Shown piece by piece: positions 1 through 14,400 of a DNA stretch of 64,000 nucleotides. The position numbers were made by a program, and so were the translations under genes. Numbering within the stretch: the stretch's first letter is position 1; every line of letters starts with the position of its first letter. Origin of the DNA: Bugula neritina (taxonomy: Eukaryota; Animalia; Bryozoa); NCBI GenBank assembly GCA_964035545.1, contig OZ037770.1:12328642-12392641 (forward strand). The letters run 5' to 3'. Under the pieces are notes generated by a model that did not search any database, was not told the origin of the DNA, and saw only the letters and a program-made list of their open reading frames with translations.

Positions 1-120
1 AACAGCCAGCGAGCAAGTTGTGCAAGTGGGTGATTGTAACACAAACACTACATCATTATAATATGCAGATTTCTTTTTTTATATAGTTTTTTTTCAATTT
101 TCTCATTCAGATATAAAAGC

Positions 121-893
121 ATTGAAATATTGTAATGCAATAAAATAATACATACAAGATATAAAAGTGATTATACATAGTTGGTTAGTTTATCACAATT
201 AAAACCAGCATACTTAACCTTTGTCACCATACATGCAGTGAATGTTCTTCGTATTAAAACAGTATATGTATAGTTTATGCATGTATAATGGTTGTTATAT
301 CCATTTATATTGGATGTAGCAAAAATTTTCTTGATTTGAATTTTAAACTATATAACATTTTGATTATTCATTTTCAAATTCAGACGTTTGTTTAAGTTGA
401 GTGTAGTGAATCATAGGTAAATTAGACAATTACAGATCATTGCTAATAATGAAAATTAGTTATGAAATAACACTCATTACTCAAAACTAAAATACAATGA
501 AATGGCTTCACTTCAAATATGCCAAATATTTCCGCATATATATTATTGTTGTGATGTCACAAGAAATAAATTTATGAAATTCTAAAAATACAAAATTGAG
601 AAAGGACTGAAATAGAACAAAGCATTGCCATATATAGGTTCACTGATGTCTACCAGCAAACTATTCCTTATCCTATAATATTGCAAATTAAAAAACCTGA
701 AACTTTCAAGCGGGTTTACAACGAGCTGGACCAATGAGCATGTAAGTTACATTTATTTAACTCAATTGACCAATTGTAAGAAATACTTTACTTGTAAATA
801 AACCAAGACACTTTAATTTGATATAATGAATAGAGTAGCTCTTTAAGTATATTTTTATTAACTATAACTAATAACCCAGTCTCTTACTATTAC
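121..893 (+). repeat. Diverged segmental duplicate of 10331-10550 and 13051-13443
   Basis: 121-385 aligns with 10331-10550 (tgtaatgcaataaaa..catacaagatat..cagtgaatgtt..aaattcagac). 468-893 aligns with 13051-13443 (taacactcattact..cactgatgtctaccagcaaactattcctt..agctggaccaatgagca..cagtctcttacta). Confidence 0.85.
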
Positions 894-1639
894 TCTTATA
901 ATACTATATATGTAGCTTCGTAGGTACAGTAAACTTTTAAACTGTGCTCATCAGGTGTTAAACTAAGTTTTAGTTTAGCGCTAGCTGTTTAATGTAGAAC
1001 TTGTATGCATGCATGCATTCCTTAAACTGTTTGATTTAAATTTATATCTGAATGCAATACATACATTATATTCACACAATTATAGTGTCTTCTTTTACCC
1101 TATTCAGCAATCAATATAATATAATTTGGTGCAAATTCTGTAGTTTTACAATTTTGTTCCGTGTAGAACATTCAATCTATATATAGTTGAATGGAACAAA
1201 GCAAGTAATTAAAACATGAAATAGAACAAAAACAGTTATATGTATAGCTGAAAGCTTTTTCCTTAATAGCTTATATAAAGCTGTTACATTATTGCACGGC
1301 ATATTGATATAAGAAAAGTCCAGGGTGTTTATATTCAACTTATATAGCTGTATCTTGTGAAATACAATACCGCCATTGCTATTATAGTAAGGACAGTGAC
1401 TAAAGCTTTAAGCTCACAGTTAAACACTGATTACTGACCTGTACATACAAGATGATGCTTAATAGGATAGACAAGGTAGGTGCAAGTCTCTTTTGTAAGC
1501 TATGTAAATGAAAGCGATATTTTTTTAAAAAAAAACTATAAAACTGTAAGAAACTGAACTTAATAATCTCAGCAGTAATTTCCTTGTCTTTCAATATTAG
1601 ATCTTGCATCAATTTTTCAGTATGTCTTTCTGCAGTGTT

Positions 1640-2037
<398 letters not shown>

Positions 2038-2197
2038 ACATCTGCATAATTATACATCTGCTTTGCACATGTATAAGTCATTTTTGCCACCCCCTAGCTG
2101 TTTTGAATTGGGGGAAGGACGGTTGTAAAATATTATTTATTGTTTATTTAAAACGAATTCGGGAACTTTATATATTTGATTGCAATAAATGTTTTAG

Positions 2198-5100
2198 ATT
2201 GATTTGGCAAAATTGAAGAAACCGCTGTTTGCATTTTCTTGTCTAGCTGTGATGTTAACCCTGTACATCCAACTATCCCAGCACATGGGTAATACTACAA
2301 TGCACAACAAAATGCTTATAGAAAAACATATAGGAGCTTTTGTTAATGTCAGGTAGGTATTCATACAACTTAAACAAATAGTTTTTGTTTTAGACATATG
2401 TTTTTAAACTTGTTTTTAAATCAAATAGTAATTGTAATTTATATTGTGTTTGTAGAAGTTTTGTATTTTTATTGTAATAACTTCTTTTTGGTTATATAAA
2501 AAGTGGAGGTAAAGAGGAATCTTGGAAAAAAGTCTTATTTCTAGAGTTTAATTTTGGTTCCTTTTTATAGACAGCAAACATACTATTTTAGCATCAACTA
2601 TTGACTAGTAAGTAAATAAATGATTAATTTGACTTTTTGTCCTCTTTCATTAGAGATCAGTTTCTAGGAGGTAGCCATGCAACCGGAAATTGTTGGATGT
2701 TCATATATTGCAATATATAGTTTTGTTGTTATACGGGCTTTAAAAAAAAAGCTATGCAAAGCTTGCAGATAAAAAGCTAATGTTTTATTACATATTGCTT
2801 ATACTCACTCTTTCTCTACTACTCAGCCTACTAACATGTCAAATGCTCAATAACATATATTCACATAATACTACAGAAATCTATCCAGTGTTCCAAAGGC
2901 TGAAGTATACCTAGGATGCTTTATACCTAGTTACTGGCCAGATAAAAGAGCAAAAATTCCTTATAAAAACACAGTCAATGCCAAAGAGTGTATATTGTAC
3001 TGCCAATCCAGCAGCTATATGTATGCTAATTTTAAGGTAATGTATAAAACCTTGAAGTTTATCAAGTTTTGTGAGGTACTAAAGCTGTATGGAAAATATA
3101 TGATTATTCTATAGAACCTAGCTGCTTCTCCAGTTAAAAAGAAAATTAACTAGAACAATGAACTACATATATTGACAGTTGCTATATTGCAGTTTATTAT
3201 GGTAGATCATAAACCAATTCATTCCACTTTGTGGGCTACAATTAGTGGAATCTATTATGGCTGCTTGATTGTATTGAACCATAACTTGGTGTCTAGATTT
3301 ATTATTTTTGTCTTGTTAATATTAAATTATCTAAGTTTGTGCACTAAAACCACAGCTAGTAACTGGCAACTAGTAACTGGCAACTAGCAATTAGTAATTA
3401 GTAACTAGCAACCAGGGTTAGGGTAATTGTATTTTGTTGTAATTAATTACATTTTTTCAAGTAATTGAATGTGATTTTTAATTGATATATAAAAATGTAA
3501 TTTTAATTAATCACATATTTAAAGTAATTGATTTTTACAATTACTTTATGATTACAAGTCAATTACTTCAAACATTTAACTCCTAAACATTTCATGCTTT
3601 TCCAAACATGCCTACTGTTAAATAACAAATTCAGATTAAGTCAATGCAGTATAGTATCACTGTTGAGAACAAAGTTCTCCATGCACTGTCAAAATTGCTC
3701 CTGGTAGTTGAACCTTAAAAGTGAGATTGCATAACTTCTATTTATTCTTTGTGAGAACAAAAGTAATTGTAATTGTAGTTGACAAATTTTTATGTAATTG
3801 TAATTAATTACATTCACACGCAATTGACCCCAACCCTGCTATATAGCAACTAATAATTGCAATTGGCAGCTATATATAGCAACTAGCTACTTTAAGCAAT
3901 GACTAGCAAGCAACTGACTAAGTTGTTCCTTAGATAAGATGCTTCTTTTCATTATCCATTAAAATGATGTATAGCTCAACAGCTTAACGCTAAATACGAT
4001 ACAAAACAAACAAGAAAATTGACATACACTAAACCTAACACTGTCTATTGGTAATCTATACAAAAACTAAATATTGCAGCTGAGCTAAATGAGGCTAAAA
4101 ACGCACAAGTAACTAAAAGAAATTTGTGCGTTGTACAACATATTATAAAGGTTATTTAGGCAAACAATAATCAATAATTCAAGTTTAAGATAATTATATA
4201 GGGAAAAAAACTTTTAGAAAGAAATTCTAGACTTTTATAAATGCTTCTTTCCACAAAAGAAAATTGAGCTTAACTTGAATGCGATTGATTTCAGTTACAG
4301 CCATCTCAGCACATTTTGCTATTTCAACATTTTGCTTAAATTCTTTCTTAAAAAACTGTCTTGAAACACATGATTGATTTTATTCAATTTTTATTTAGGT
4401 CGAAATTTAAATTATTTAGCAGTTTTGTATCTTAAAATAGCCATTTTATTTTAATTTGCTTCTTCACTTAACAGGGAAATTAACAATTTTTGCTACAAAT
4501 GAATATATTAAATTGTTATTTATAGTCTGCAAATGGTTTTTGTCGATGTGACAATGATTTTCTAACAAGAGGTTTGAGCAGTCTACCATGTGGCAAAGAT
4601 AGTCCGAAAGCAGTAGAAGTGTATACCGCAGGTTGGTTTAGACCTCACTTTAGCAAAGCCCAATCTCTATGTGTTATCTTCTGTGGGTTGCAGTGAATCT
4701 AACTTGTTATTTTTTTTATGTTGAAATGTAATTTTGAAAATTTACTGACTCTAGCTTATTTTTAACTGGTGTTGTGACAAAGAGTAAAAAGTATTATGCA
4801 GGATTTGTAGGGCATATCCAAAAGCATACATCAAGATGCCATATAATACATTAGGCCGTATATATAATTTATGCAAAGTTTGTTAATCTATTAAATAGTA
4901 TTCTAATGCAAATAAAAAACTCACGCAAGTTTATAGTCACTATCCCTGTGAGAGACTCCTGGTGGAAAGGGTCTTTGTTAAAGCGGGCTAAGGACTTATT
5001 TAAATGAGGCACAGGAGCAATTATGACTGGATGCTCTTTCTAACATCACCAATGACCTCGTGAATTCACTAGGCAAACGCTCTAATTCCTAGACCACGGC

Positions 5101-8100
5101 TGCTCCCTAAGTATTCTAATGCAAATATTGCAGGGCAAATGGCAGACATAAAGTATTCTCTACTCAGCAAACACTGGAGATCTGGTAGTTGTAATTGTAC
5201 AGACTCGGAGTGTAAAACTTTGAGTTGTCTTCCCACAGAAGAAATGTGTTGGATAGGACCCAGGAGTGAGTCATTGGATGTGACTCAAGACACAAAATGC
5301 AAGCACATAGCTGTTGAGAAGTTTTTTAATAACGGAGTAAGTTTGAGCCTTTACTGATTGATTTCAATGATATAATCATTTAATAATGTTTGTACCACCA
5401 AAATTTTAATTTAGTCTACTTTTATTTTTATGATAGGCTCATTAAGCTGTATTAATTTTAAACAATTTAGTAAACCCAACCGGTATAAAATGTTTATCAG
5501 CTCAAATATGTGAGGTTGTTAACCTATTATTTTCTGTTAACGATCGATCAAGACTCCCACTGAATTTGATATTAGTTTATGACATGTTTTCTTATACAAA
5601 ACTTTTCCATTTTTTTTCAAAATGCAGTTCAATAATGCATTTATAAAAGTTAGACTTTTTGCAAAGGAGTAGCCTATTTTATAGAAGCCAAGTCTACACT
5701 GCATCAAGAGCTTGAATAGATTTTTACCTGCAGTTTGTCAGCCCTGGGCATTGGAAAACTTTGAGCAAAATCAAAACAGATTATATAAAATCAAGCTAAC
5801 TGAAAGCACAAAGAAAGGTTAGCTTTTTCATATATTATATGACGCTGTTGTATTGCTACTACAAAAATTTATTTAAGCTGAAAATTAATGTGTGGGTATA
5901 AAGAAAGTTAATCCTAATTTTTTCGAATATGATAAAAAACATTTAGTTGCTTTGAATTCAAAATAACCATGCGTTTTGAAAAACTGTTTACTATTTAATT
6001 TTTTTTTATATAGATCAATGCTAATTTATTTGAATGGTGAACTATATTCAAGTAATTGTAATAACTTATTGTTCATGTCAAATACTTTTACGACTTCGTG
6101 AATGCTGTAATGGAATTCGAACAAAACTTAACTGTAATTATTAAAAATATTTTTGCAACTTTCAGTGACCGTCTCTTTAACCCCTTCACAAAGCCAGAAG
6201 AAGGTTTTGTTGGTAACTTACATGAGGAGTGGATCTAGTTTTACATCTGAGTTTTTCAATGGGTATCCCAACTCTTACTATCTGTAAGTGTAAGTTGTGC
6301 AATGAGGTCTGTAGCACTGCTTTCACTAGCTTTAAATGCTTTATAACTGTTGGAAAAATACCTTTGACCACATCACGTGACAGTAATCTTTGTATTCCAA
6401 AACATTAACTCTACAAGTTTTAAACAAACTTTGCAACATAATCATTGTGTCTTTATACATAAATAAAAAAAAACAAGTGCACATCTATAATATTTTGTAT
6501 AATTGCACATATATATTTTGTATTTATGAGTAAAAACACAATATGAGCATTTCAAAGCTTGTTTAAAATTTGCAGGGAAGTGGGATTGCAATGTTAGCGT
6601 TAAATGCAATGGAATTGTTTGTATTTGCAAAGTATATTTGATACATATACTATACAAAAAATACGATATGCAAATTTACCAATTGAATATATATTTTTAG
6701 TAATATGGCTACAAGGAGAGAGGAGATATTGCTTGCATGTGTCAAAATTTATAGCTTTTTAGATTTGAGCCGCTTCACGGATTGGCACCAATTAAATCAA
6801 AGACTCACAATAAAACAGTCGCTAATAACCTGGAAGAAAGGTCAACAGGTCTTCTAGCTAAACTGCTGAGATGTGAGCTAGACCAGGTCCCTCTTGTGGG
6901 TATCGCTTTCTCTGTTGGAAGAATGGATAATTTCTTTAAAGGTATTGCTTCATTAGGTCATAAGAGCTAATACTTAATTGAGTGCAGTGATTATATCGAA
7001 ATTTTTAAATACGAAAGCATATTTTTATGTTTTCTCCAATTTTAAACATCGCTAATTTTTATAGCAGAATAAATAACATGAAGTTTAATATTTTTTTGAC
7101 TTGCACACAAAAAAACAATCAACTTACAAATTTACTCAAATAAAAATGTGATCTAAGTTTGGTGTAAGTAATATTTCAATTGATTGCTGAAGCAATTTCT
7201 TACTTAAAAAGAATTTTATAAGAAATTCTACAATTTAGTTTACTATAAAAAAGAATGATTTGTTTACACTATAGCGTGCTCAGTGGTACAAAGTGGAAGC
7301 AGATTGTCATGTATGCAGGCACATTCTTCTAGTTGTCTTGGTTCTGATATGATAACTATTAAAGTCATCAGAGCCAAACTTCAATGGGCAAGACAACTCC
7401 TAGAAAATGAAAAATATCAGCTTGACAAACTAAAGGTGAATTTACCATGATTGATACCAGAGGAAGTTTAATAATACCTACCTAGTTATTATTTGTCATT
7501 TTAATATTGGTTCTAACTAATTAAAGTTTTTATACATAAAACAAAGTATATTAAGTAATAATATTTGCTAATGTATCGAGATTCCTGCACTTTTTCTTTC
7601 TTGCTTTTTCAGAAGTTATTTTAGATATCCACTTTGTTAGTTGATTGTTTAGCCACATTAAAGGTTTGAAATCTTTCTAACCTAAATTAAATTTATGAGG
7701 TTATATTTGCACTATTAATATACATTTGTATTGTATTTACTTATGCATCAAGAAATTGGTCTGCAAATGAAATTAAAGGATCACAAAAATAAGTTGAATT
7801 TATTTTCAGATTGTATATTTAATAAGGGATCCACGTGCAATAATAAATTCAAGAATGGAATTGGGAATACGTAGCACAAAGAACAGCTTTGAAACTCATG
7901 TAAAGTGTAGGTAAACCTTAATCAATACCATTACTTCTGTAAATTAAAGCTATCTTTTATCTTTGTGCTATGTACTCACTTTTATATACAACTGTTAGGC
8001 TTTGTGTAGACTTATACATGCAGGATGTCTGTAGATGGATTTAATATAAGCATTAAAGTGCGGCTATATAAATGTGACTTTAACTTAACTGAGCAAATAA

Positions 8101-9852
8101 TGGCAGGAAACTATAGATAATAATGATTTGTAGGGAAGTTATTTGACAAGAGAACATAACTCTTTGCACAACTAGCAATAAATATTTTTGTGAAACAATC
8201 TGTTAGGCATTAGCTTTCATATCAACAATGATAAAAAATGAATATTACTAAATATTCTTATTTAGCTTCTATTCATACTTTTTTATTTCTATAGCATTGT
8301 GTGATTCCATGGTTGAAGATATAAAAACAGCTCAGATATTGAAGCAATCAAAGTATAGAGATCAAGTTTTAGTTCTCAGATATGAAGACATCGTTGAGGA
8401 TAACATAGCAGCTGTCAAACATATCTACAAGTAAGTATCAGACATATTCAACTTATACAGAGTTCAATTATTACTGTACTTTGCTACTTTATTCTGGCCC
8501 ATAAAATTTACTGAAAGTAAATTTTTACTCTTATGCAAATTAATCAAAGTTTCTAAATAAAGTTGCAAATAATACCTCATAAAATCAACAATTATTGATA
8601 ATTATTGTTGAGCAAAAAATTGTTTTTTTTATTGTAACTGAAAAAATAAGTTCTACAAATAAATATATTAAAATAAAATAATAAAAGACAACATATATTA
8701 AAAACACCATCCTTGTATATTCTCACACATTACCTACAAATAATTGCAAAGAAATAACATCAAGAAATTGAAATTAACCGCGTTTTTAGATTTGATTTGT
8801 TACAATCCCTGATAGAGAAGGCTTTATGAGCTAGACTGAGAAATTTTTCTGTTGCTGCAATGGAGTAATTAGATTATTAAATTAACTGTCTCTCGTAACA
8901 TATATTATTGCCTATGGCCATTTCTGGGATTCGAACTATCGACCTCATATGTTTTACTAAGCCAATGCTTTCTATAACCACCACAAAAACCGATGCTGCT
9001 ATTTTTTACCCGAATGATACAAAGTAAATTTTTCAGTATAATTGTCACATAAGAAAATTATTATTTACAGTTATTGAATTTGATATTTAGATCTTTAAGT
9101 TTTGGAGAAGTACCAGAGTCTCTGAGTGTATATATCAGAAGTTTAAGTAAGATGAGTTCTATCCGTAAAAAAAGTTATGCTTATTCCACACACAGGTTAG
9201 TAAAAGAATGCAATAATGAAACTCGGCAGTATTTTTAAAAAAATATTTCTGTGCTAATTTTTTGCATTTTATCTGCAACTCAATATCAGCTTTAATATGC
9301 AACAATAATTGCATTTGCTTAAACCTGACAATCATTTCACAAGCTATATAAACAAAATCGTTTTGTTAAGCTGACAATAAAATTATACTTTACATTTTTT
9401 CTTGAATAGATATACTGATTTTACTATATATATATATATTATATGTGGGTGTACATAAAATAGGAAAGTAGTAATTTAATTTGCTCCTCATGTGTCAAAG
9501 TACAATACAACAAGTATAGCGACACACATAAAACTAACAATGAGTTTATACAGTCTTGCACTGATACAGATAAATTATCATTCGGGTAAATTATCATAAG
9601 TGTGTATGCATCATTTATACATGCTGTATTAAGATTGTTTTTTTGCAACTTTTTTTCTGTTTCAGGAAAAATAGTTTAAAAACAGCACATAGATGGAAAA
9701 GTCACATGAATTATGAAATTGTGAAGGATGTGGACAATTTTTGTGCAGAAGCTTATAAACTTGCCGGGTATTTACCAGTTGAAAATAAACAAGCTTTGAA
9801 AAACCTATCAATACATCATATGACAGAATTAAAACCTGCATTGCTAATGTGA
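2198..9852 (+). CDS. Type-II membrane WSC-domain carbohydrate sulfotransferase (Gal/GlcNAc/GalNAc 6-O-sulfotransferase, CHST1-7-like catalytic domain); 12 exons, start codon not resolved
   Basis: Exons 2198-2352, 2877-3036, 4526-4631, 5134-5336, 5685-5817, 6166-6283, 6763-6941, 7275-7435, 7810-7906, 8295-8430, 9091-9195, 9666-9852, all GT-AG and phase-compatible (~579 codons). Anchor KLKKPLFAFSCLAVMLTLYIQLS; WSC pattern YLGCF...C...C....YMYA...CRC...CG....VY; 5'-PSB VLLVTYMRSGSSFTSEFFNGYPNSYYLFEPL; KVIR; 3'-PB IVYLIRDPRAIINSR; LRYEDI; C-terminal STHRKNS..TAHRWK...C....LAGY. Confidence 0.9.
3413..3838. mobile_element. Non-autonomous hAT-like MITE in a sulfotransferase intron
   Basis: TIRs CAGGGTTAGGGTAATTG / CAATTGACCCCAACCCTG; internal GTAATT(AATTAC) repeats; flanks ctagcaac vs cta(tata)gcaac could be a degraded 8-bp TSD. 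Confidence 0.7.
4915..5109 (-). mobile_element. tRNA-derived SINE, family A, copy 1
   Basis: Homologous to 24341-24555 and 49404-49622; flanked by an exact 18-bp direct repeat AGTATTCTAATGCAAATA (4897-4914, 5110-5127). Confidence 0.85.
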
Positions 9853-11480
9853 AACAAAGCTAAAAACTTATCCTGAGTGACTTTTTAGCAAAGAATATTA
9901 TTTTGGGAATTTTGAGTAAATTATCTTGTTTTCAAAAGGTAATGGCTCCTGGAAACAATTTTTGAGTAATTACTTTTAGCAGCTGTATAATCTCTTGTCT
10001 GTACACATAAGGACAATATCGGCCTAGCTACTCTACAAAGTTAGTATAATAACTATATGTAAAGTTACTACAACTTAATTTAGCCACAAATAAAATTAAA
10101 ATATTAATTTTAATAATTCATGTAACTTTGTATTTTTCATCTTTTTTATGTTTCTCTATTAAAACAATCATATTAAATTAAAAATATTTATTATTCATTG
10201 TTTTAATTTATACTTTAGTTACATTTGATTCTTGTTTTAGATTAGCATGAAAATGTCCAAAATTGATTGCTATCCTTTATAAAGTACATATTTATGTATT
10301 GCATGAAATTTTTGCTCTTCAGGATAGAAATTCAAATGATGTAATGCAATAAAAATATACATACAAGATATACACCATCAGTTTATAGCTGGTTGATCAC
10401 ATTTGTTGCCATACAGTGAATGTTTTTCATATTAAAACATCATATTATTTGTATCTAGTTGAAATATTTGTAGAAAAAAATGTTTGACTGGTTTGAACTT
10501 TAAACTATGACATTTCTATTACTTGTTTCAAAATTCAGACAAGGTTATTGTCTTTCTAGAATATATTATAAGTTAAAAAGTAAAGAAAATGCAACAATAC
10601 AAAAACTATTTCAACAGAAGCATTGTAGCTCTCAACTTGATACTTGAGAGAAGGTTTTTTAAAATACAATTATTATGCAAAGCTTATTTTAGAGATTTTT
10701 TTTGAACTGGTTGCATGGTTTTTAAATTTTTAAAGATGAAGTTCTAGAAGTTATGGAATAAGCGGTGGTTATGAGACAGGATGTTAAAAATGTGTGCATG
10801 TGCCATCATTTACTGTTTATGGCCAAACAATTTTGTTTTATAAAGTTTGTACAGGCCAAGGTTTTGAGCAAAGTATAAAGAAAAAATGCTAAAAGCATAT
10901 AAATTAGACAATTTATTTATCTGATCATAAAAATACTTTATGAAAATGAACTAGATGCTGTAGAAAGTACACTAATATGATGTTAAGTTGGTAAGAATAA
11001 AAAAGAATAACCTACAATATAACATAAAATAATTCATGAAAATAATATATGCAACAAAGTTCATAGAAATTCAGTGAGTAATAATTCAGGAACTCATACA
11101 TGTCACATTGGAATAATTTGAATGCTTTCCATTACTATTAAAATGAGAATATAAATTTTTGTTAAATAATATGCATTTATAATGCTTAATATGCATTACA
11201 AATGAGAAGTTATTAAAATTCCTTTCAAGCCCAGTTGACATGCTGTTATTACTTATATGATGCAACCTACGGTGGTAGTCATTGTCAGTAGTTCAAATAA
11301 TTTGTAAAGTGAAAATGAAATGACAGAAAATTGAAGGTTGAAGGATCTTAAACACAGAAAATGGTAACTTATTTTTAAATCTAATATACTATTCCCATCA
11401 TATATTGAATACAAGGAAGTCAAACTTATTATGGGTTTGACTGTACACAACAGGATGCAGGATCTTTCGGCCAGTTTAAT

Positions 11481-14400
11481 TCAACTGGAAGCACCGAGTT
11501 GAATTTTAGTGATATACCTGATTTCACTTTTATCAAATCCACCATCATAATGGTCATTCATTATTTGACTCCCACCCCTTAGATTTGGAGTTGCTTCACC
11601 CTGTGAATTGGGACTATATAATGGCTTATTAGGATAATAATATTTGAAGATTGGTCCGTCATTACCATGCTTTTCTGCGCTATCAGGTTCATGATAAACG
11701 TAATCAGTGCGAGGTGTTTGGAATGTTTCGTAGAACCTTCTAGAAGGGGAAAGCTGCCGGTAGGAAAACTGATTTCGAAATAAATTCGGCTCCAAATCAA
11801 ACAAATCTAACTTTAGCTCATTGGCAGAATCAGGCATGAGATTGTCTTTGCTAGCCTCAGCACCTGATTTGCTCAGCCTACCGGGTAAGGTGCTGTAGGA
11901 TAACCCTTCAGTAACTGTATGACATTTAGCTTTAGTTTGTAAAGTGCAATAGTCTAAGGTTTCCCTTTCTTCACTTTGATTATTGTCTGCTAGTGAACTG
12001 GATTTCAATGTTGAAGAGTGACTATGGGTTCTAAGATATTCCGTAGGGCACTTCTCATGGTGCAATGCCCACAAGTTTTTAACTACAAAAAAAACAAGAA
12101 AAAAAGGTTATAAAGAAACCCTAACAGTTTGTGCCCAGTGCAATTCCAACAAATTCATAAATCCAAACATAGATCAATTTAGGTGAGACATGAATTCTTC
12201 GATGTCAGGCGATGAACTGTAAACTTGTGTATATTTACTTCTGGTAAGTCTACTATAGGTAAGAATCAGCGGGTACTTTACTGAATTGTTATAGGCAAAA
12301 ACCTGAATAAATTATAGAGTTCATTGAACCTCAGCAATAACTACGCTCTATAATGATAATCAAACCGTTTTTTTATAAATTAACCAAACTTTAGAAGAGG
12401 ATTATGAACAAAGAGATAGGATAAAAAACTACTGATTTAATGCAGTTTTGGTTACATGTAATATCACAGTTATTGTAGTGGTTGAGGGTGGCAGAACCGA
12501 ATTCCATTTCCAACCAATCAGCCGTTCCAGCAAAACCAATAGGAAACATTCAGTATGAGAAATGAAGAAACCAAAATCTTCAGTTAAGAAGAGAGACATA
12601 TGAAAAAGCTGTATATTCTACACTAATACTTCATTGTACACAAACTCTAACAAATAGAACTTTTCTCAACTGTAGATACGTCAACATAGACTGAAGTTCA
12701 CATCTTAAACTGAATATAGTTTTTGAGCTAATTTTACTACTACCACCAGAATCACCGCTGACACTACCACCACCACTATACGACCATTACTACAAGAAAG
12801 ACTACTACCATTACCACCATCACTACTACTACTACCACCACCACCACCACCACTACCACCACCACCACCACTACTACTATAACCAATGCAGATATCAATG
12901 GAAATGTTAGTAGACAGAGCAGGGTTAGACACGCCATGACTAAACACAATCAACATACCATGTATATACAGTGAGAGAGGTGAGTCATATGTCAAGGGCA
13001 CTCATGGATCTACAGATGAATCATTACTAATAATATGAATAATGAGTCAGTAACACTCATTACTAAAAACTGAAATACAATGCAGTGGCTTCACTTCAAC
13101 TATTTCTGCATATATTATTGTGATGTCACAATGAATAAATTTATGAAACTCTAAAAACAAAAAATGCAGAAAATACTAAAATAGAACAAAGCATTGCAAT
13201 GTGCACTGATGTCTACCAGCAAACTATTCCTTTTCCTGTAACATTGACCAAACAAAACGTGAAGCTTTCACAAGAGTTTATGGGAAGCTGGACCAATGAG
13301 CACGTAAGCTGACTTGAGTTATAAGCAGTTTTGTCAATTGTAAGAAATCATTTGCCTGTACGCTAAACTAAGATATATTTAATATGATAAACAAAGCATA
13401 TTTGAAAGTATATCTTTGCTAACTCAGTCTCTTACTAACTACTAAAAACTTAGTCTGTTACTGCACGTAACTCAGTCAATTTATAGGACACACACAACGT
13501 AGCCTTATGTTCTACCTGGATTAAGCTGTATATCAGAGGGGGCAGGCTCAACGTCCACAGTCACAGTGCTAGCTCCAGATGGTTCTTCTCTGGGTGGCTG
13601 AAATGTAAAAACTTTGCTGTTATGATCTTATAATAAATATATAAAGAAGTACCATAAAGCAATTAGAGGGTCAATTTAGTAATTAGTTTCAACAGATGAA
13701 GATTAACTGTGATAAATTGCATAAAGTTTTGAATCTTTATAAAACCACAAATATTATTCTCTGTTAGCTATCTCTCTCCAGCATATTGGGTCATTCACCT
13801 GCTGTTGCCGATGTCTGTTTAACGACCAGCTGTTGATGTCTAGACGGAAATCCTCTTCCCTCCTGTCCTCTGTAATGTCTACGGTTGGTGCTTCCGTTTT
13901 GTACAGATTCTCATCAACCTTTTTATGGTTTTGAAGTGTGTTGTATCCCACTGGAAGTAAACAATTGGAGAGATGAGAGAACTAGTAGATGCTAAGTGTC
14001 AACAAAACTTGGACAAGATCATGTTATAGATTATTGAAGATGATGTGATATGACAACCCTACTCCATATTACATGGGTACACCTTTCTTTTAATTAACAT
14101 ATGCTTACTTGTTATGAGCATTAAAGAATAATATAACAGTTAAAAATTGATCAGATTAAGAAATATTAATCCAAAACGAATGTTGCGTTAGAAAATTCAT
14201 CAGCAAAAATTGACAAGATCAATGGCTGATTTAAATAGACAACAAGATGCTTTCAAATAAGTTGTATTCCCGTGCCGTTCATTCTTACACCTGGGAGAGC
14301 TTACAAGTTTGATAGGTAATTTATGAATTGGTTGAGTGATTCATTTTTGATAGGCACAAGAATCTACTAGAGATTACAGTTGGACTAAAGCACCGAATCT

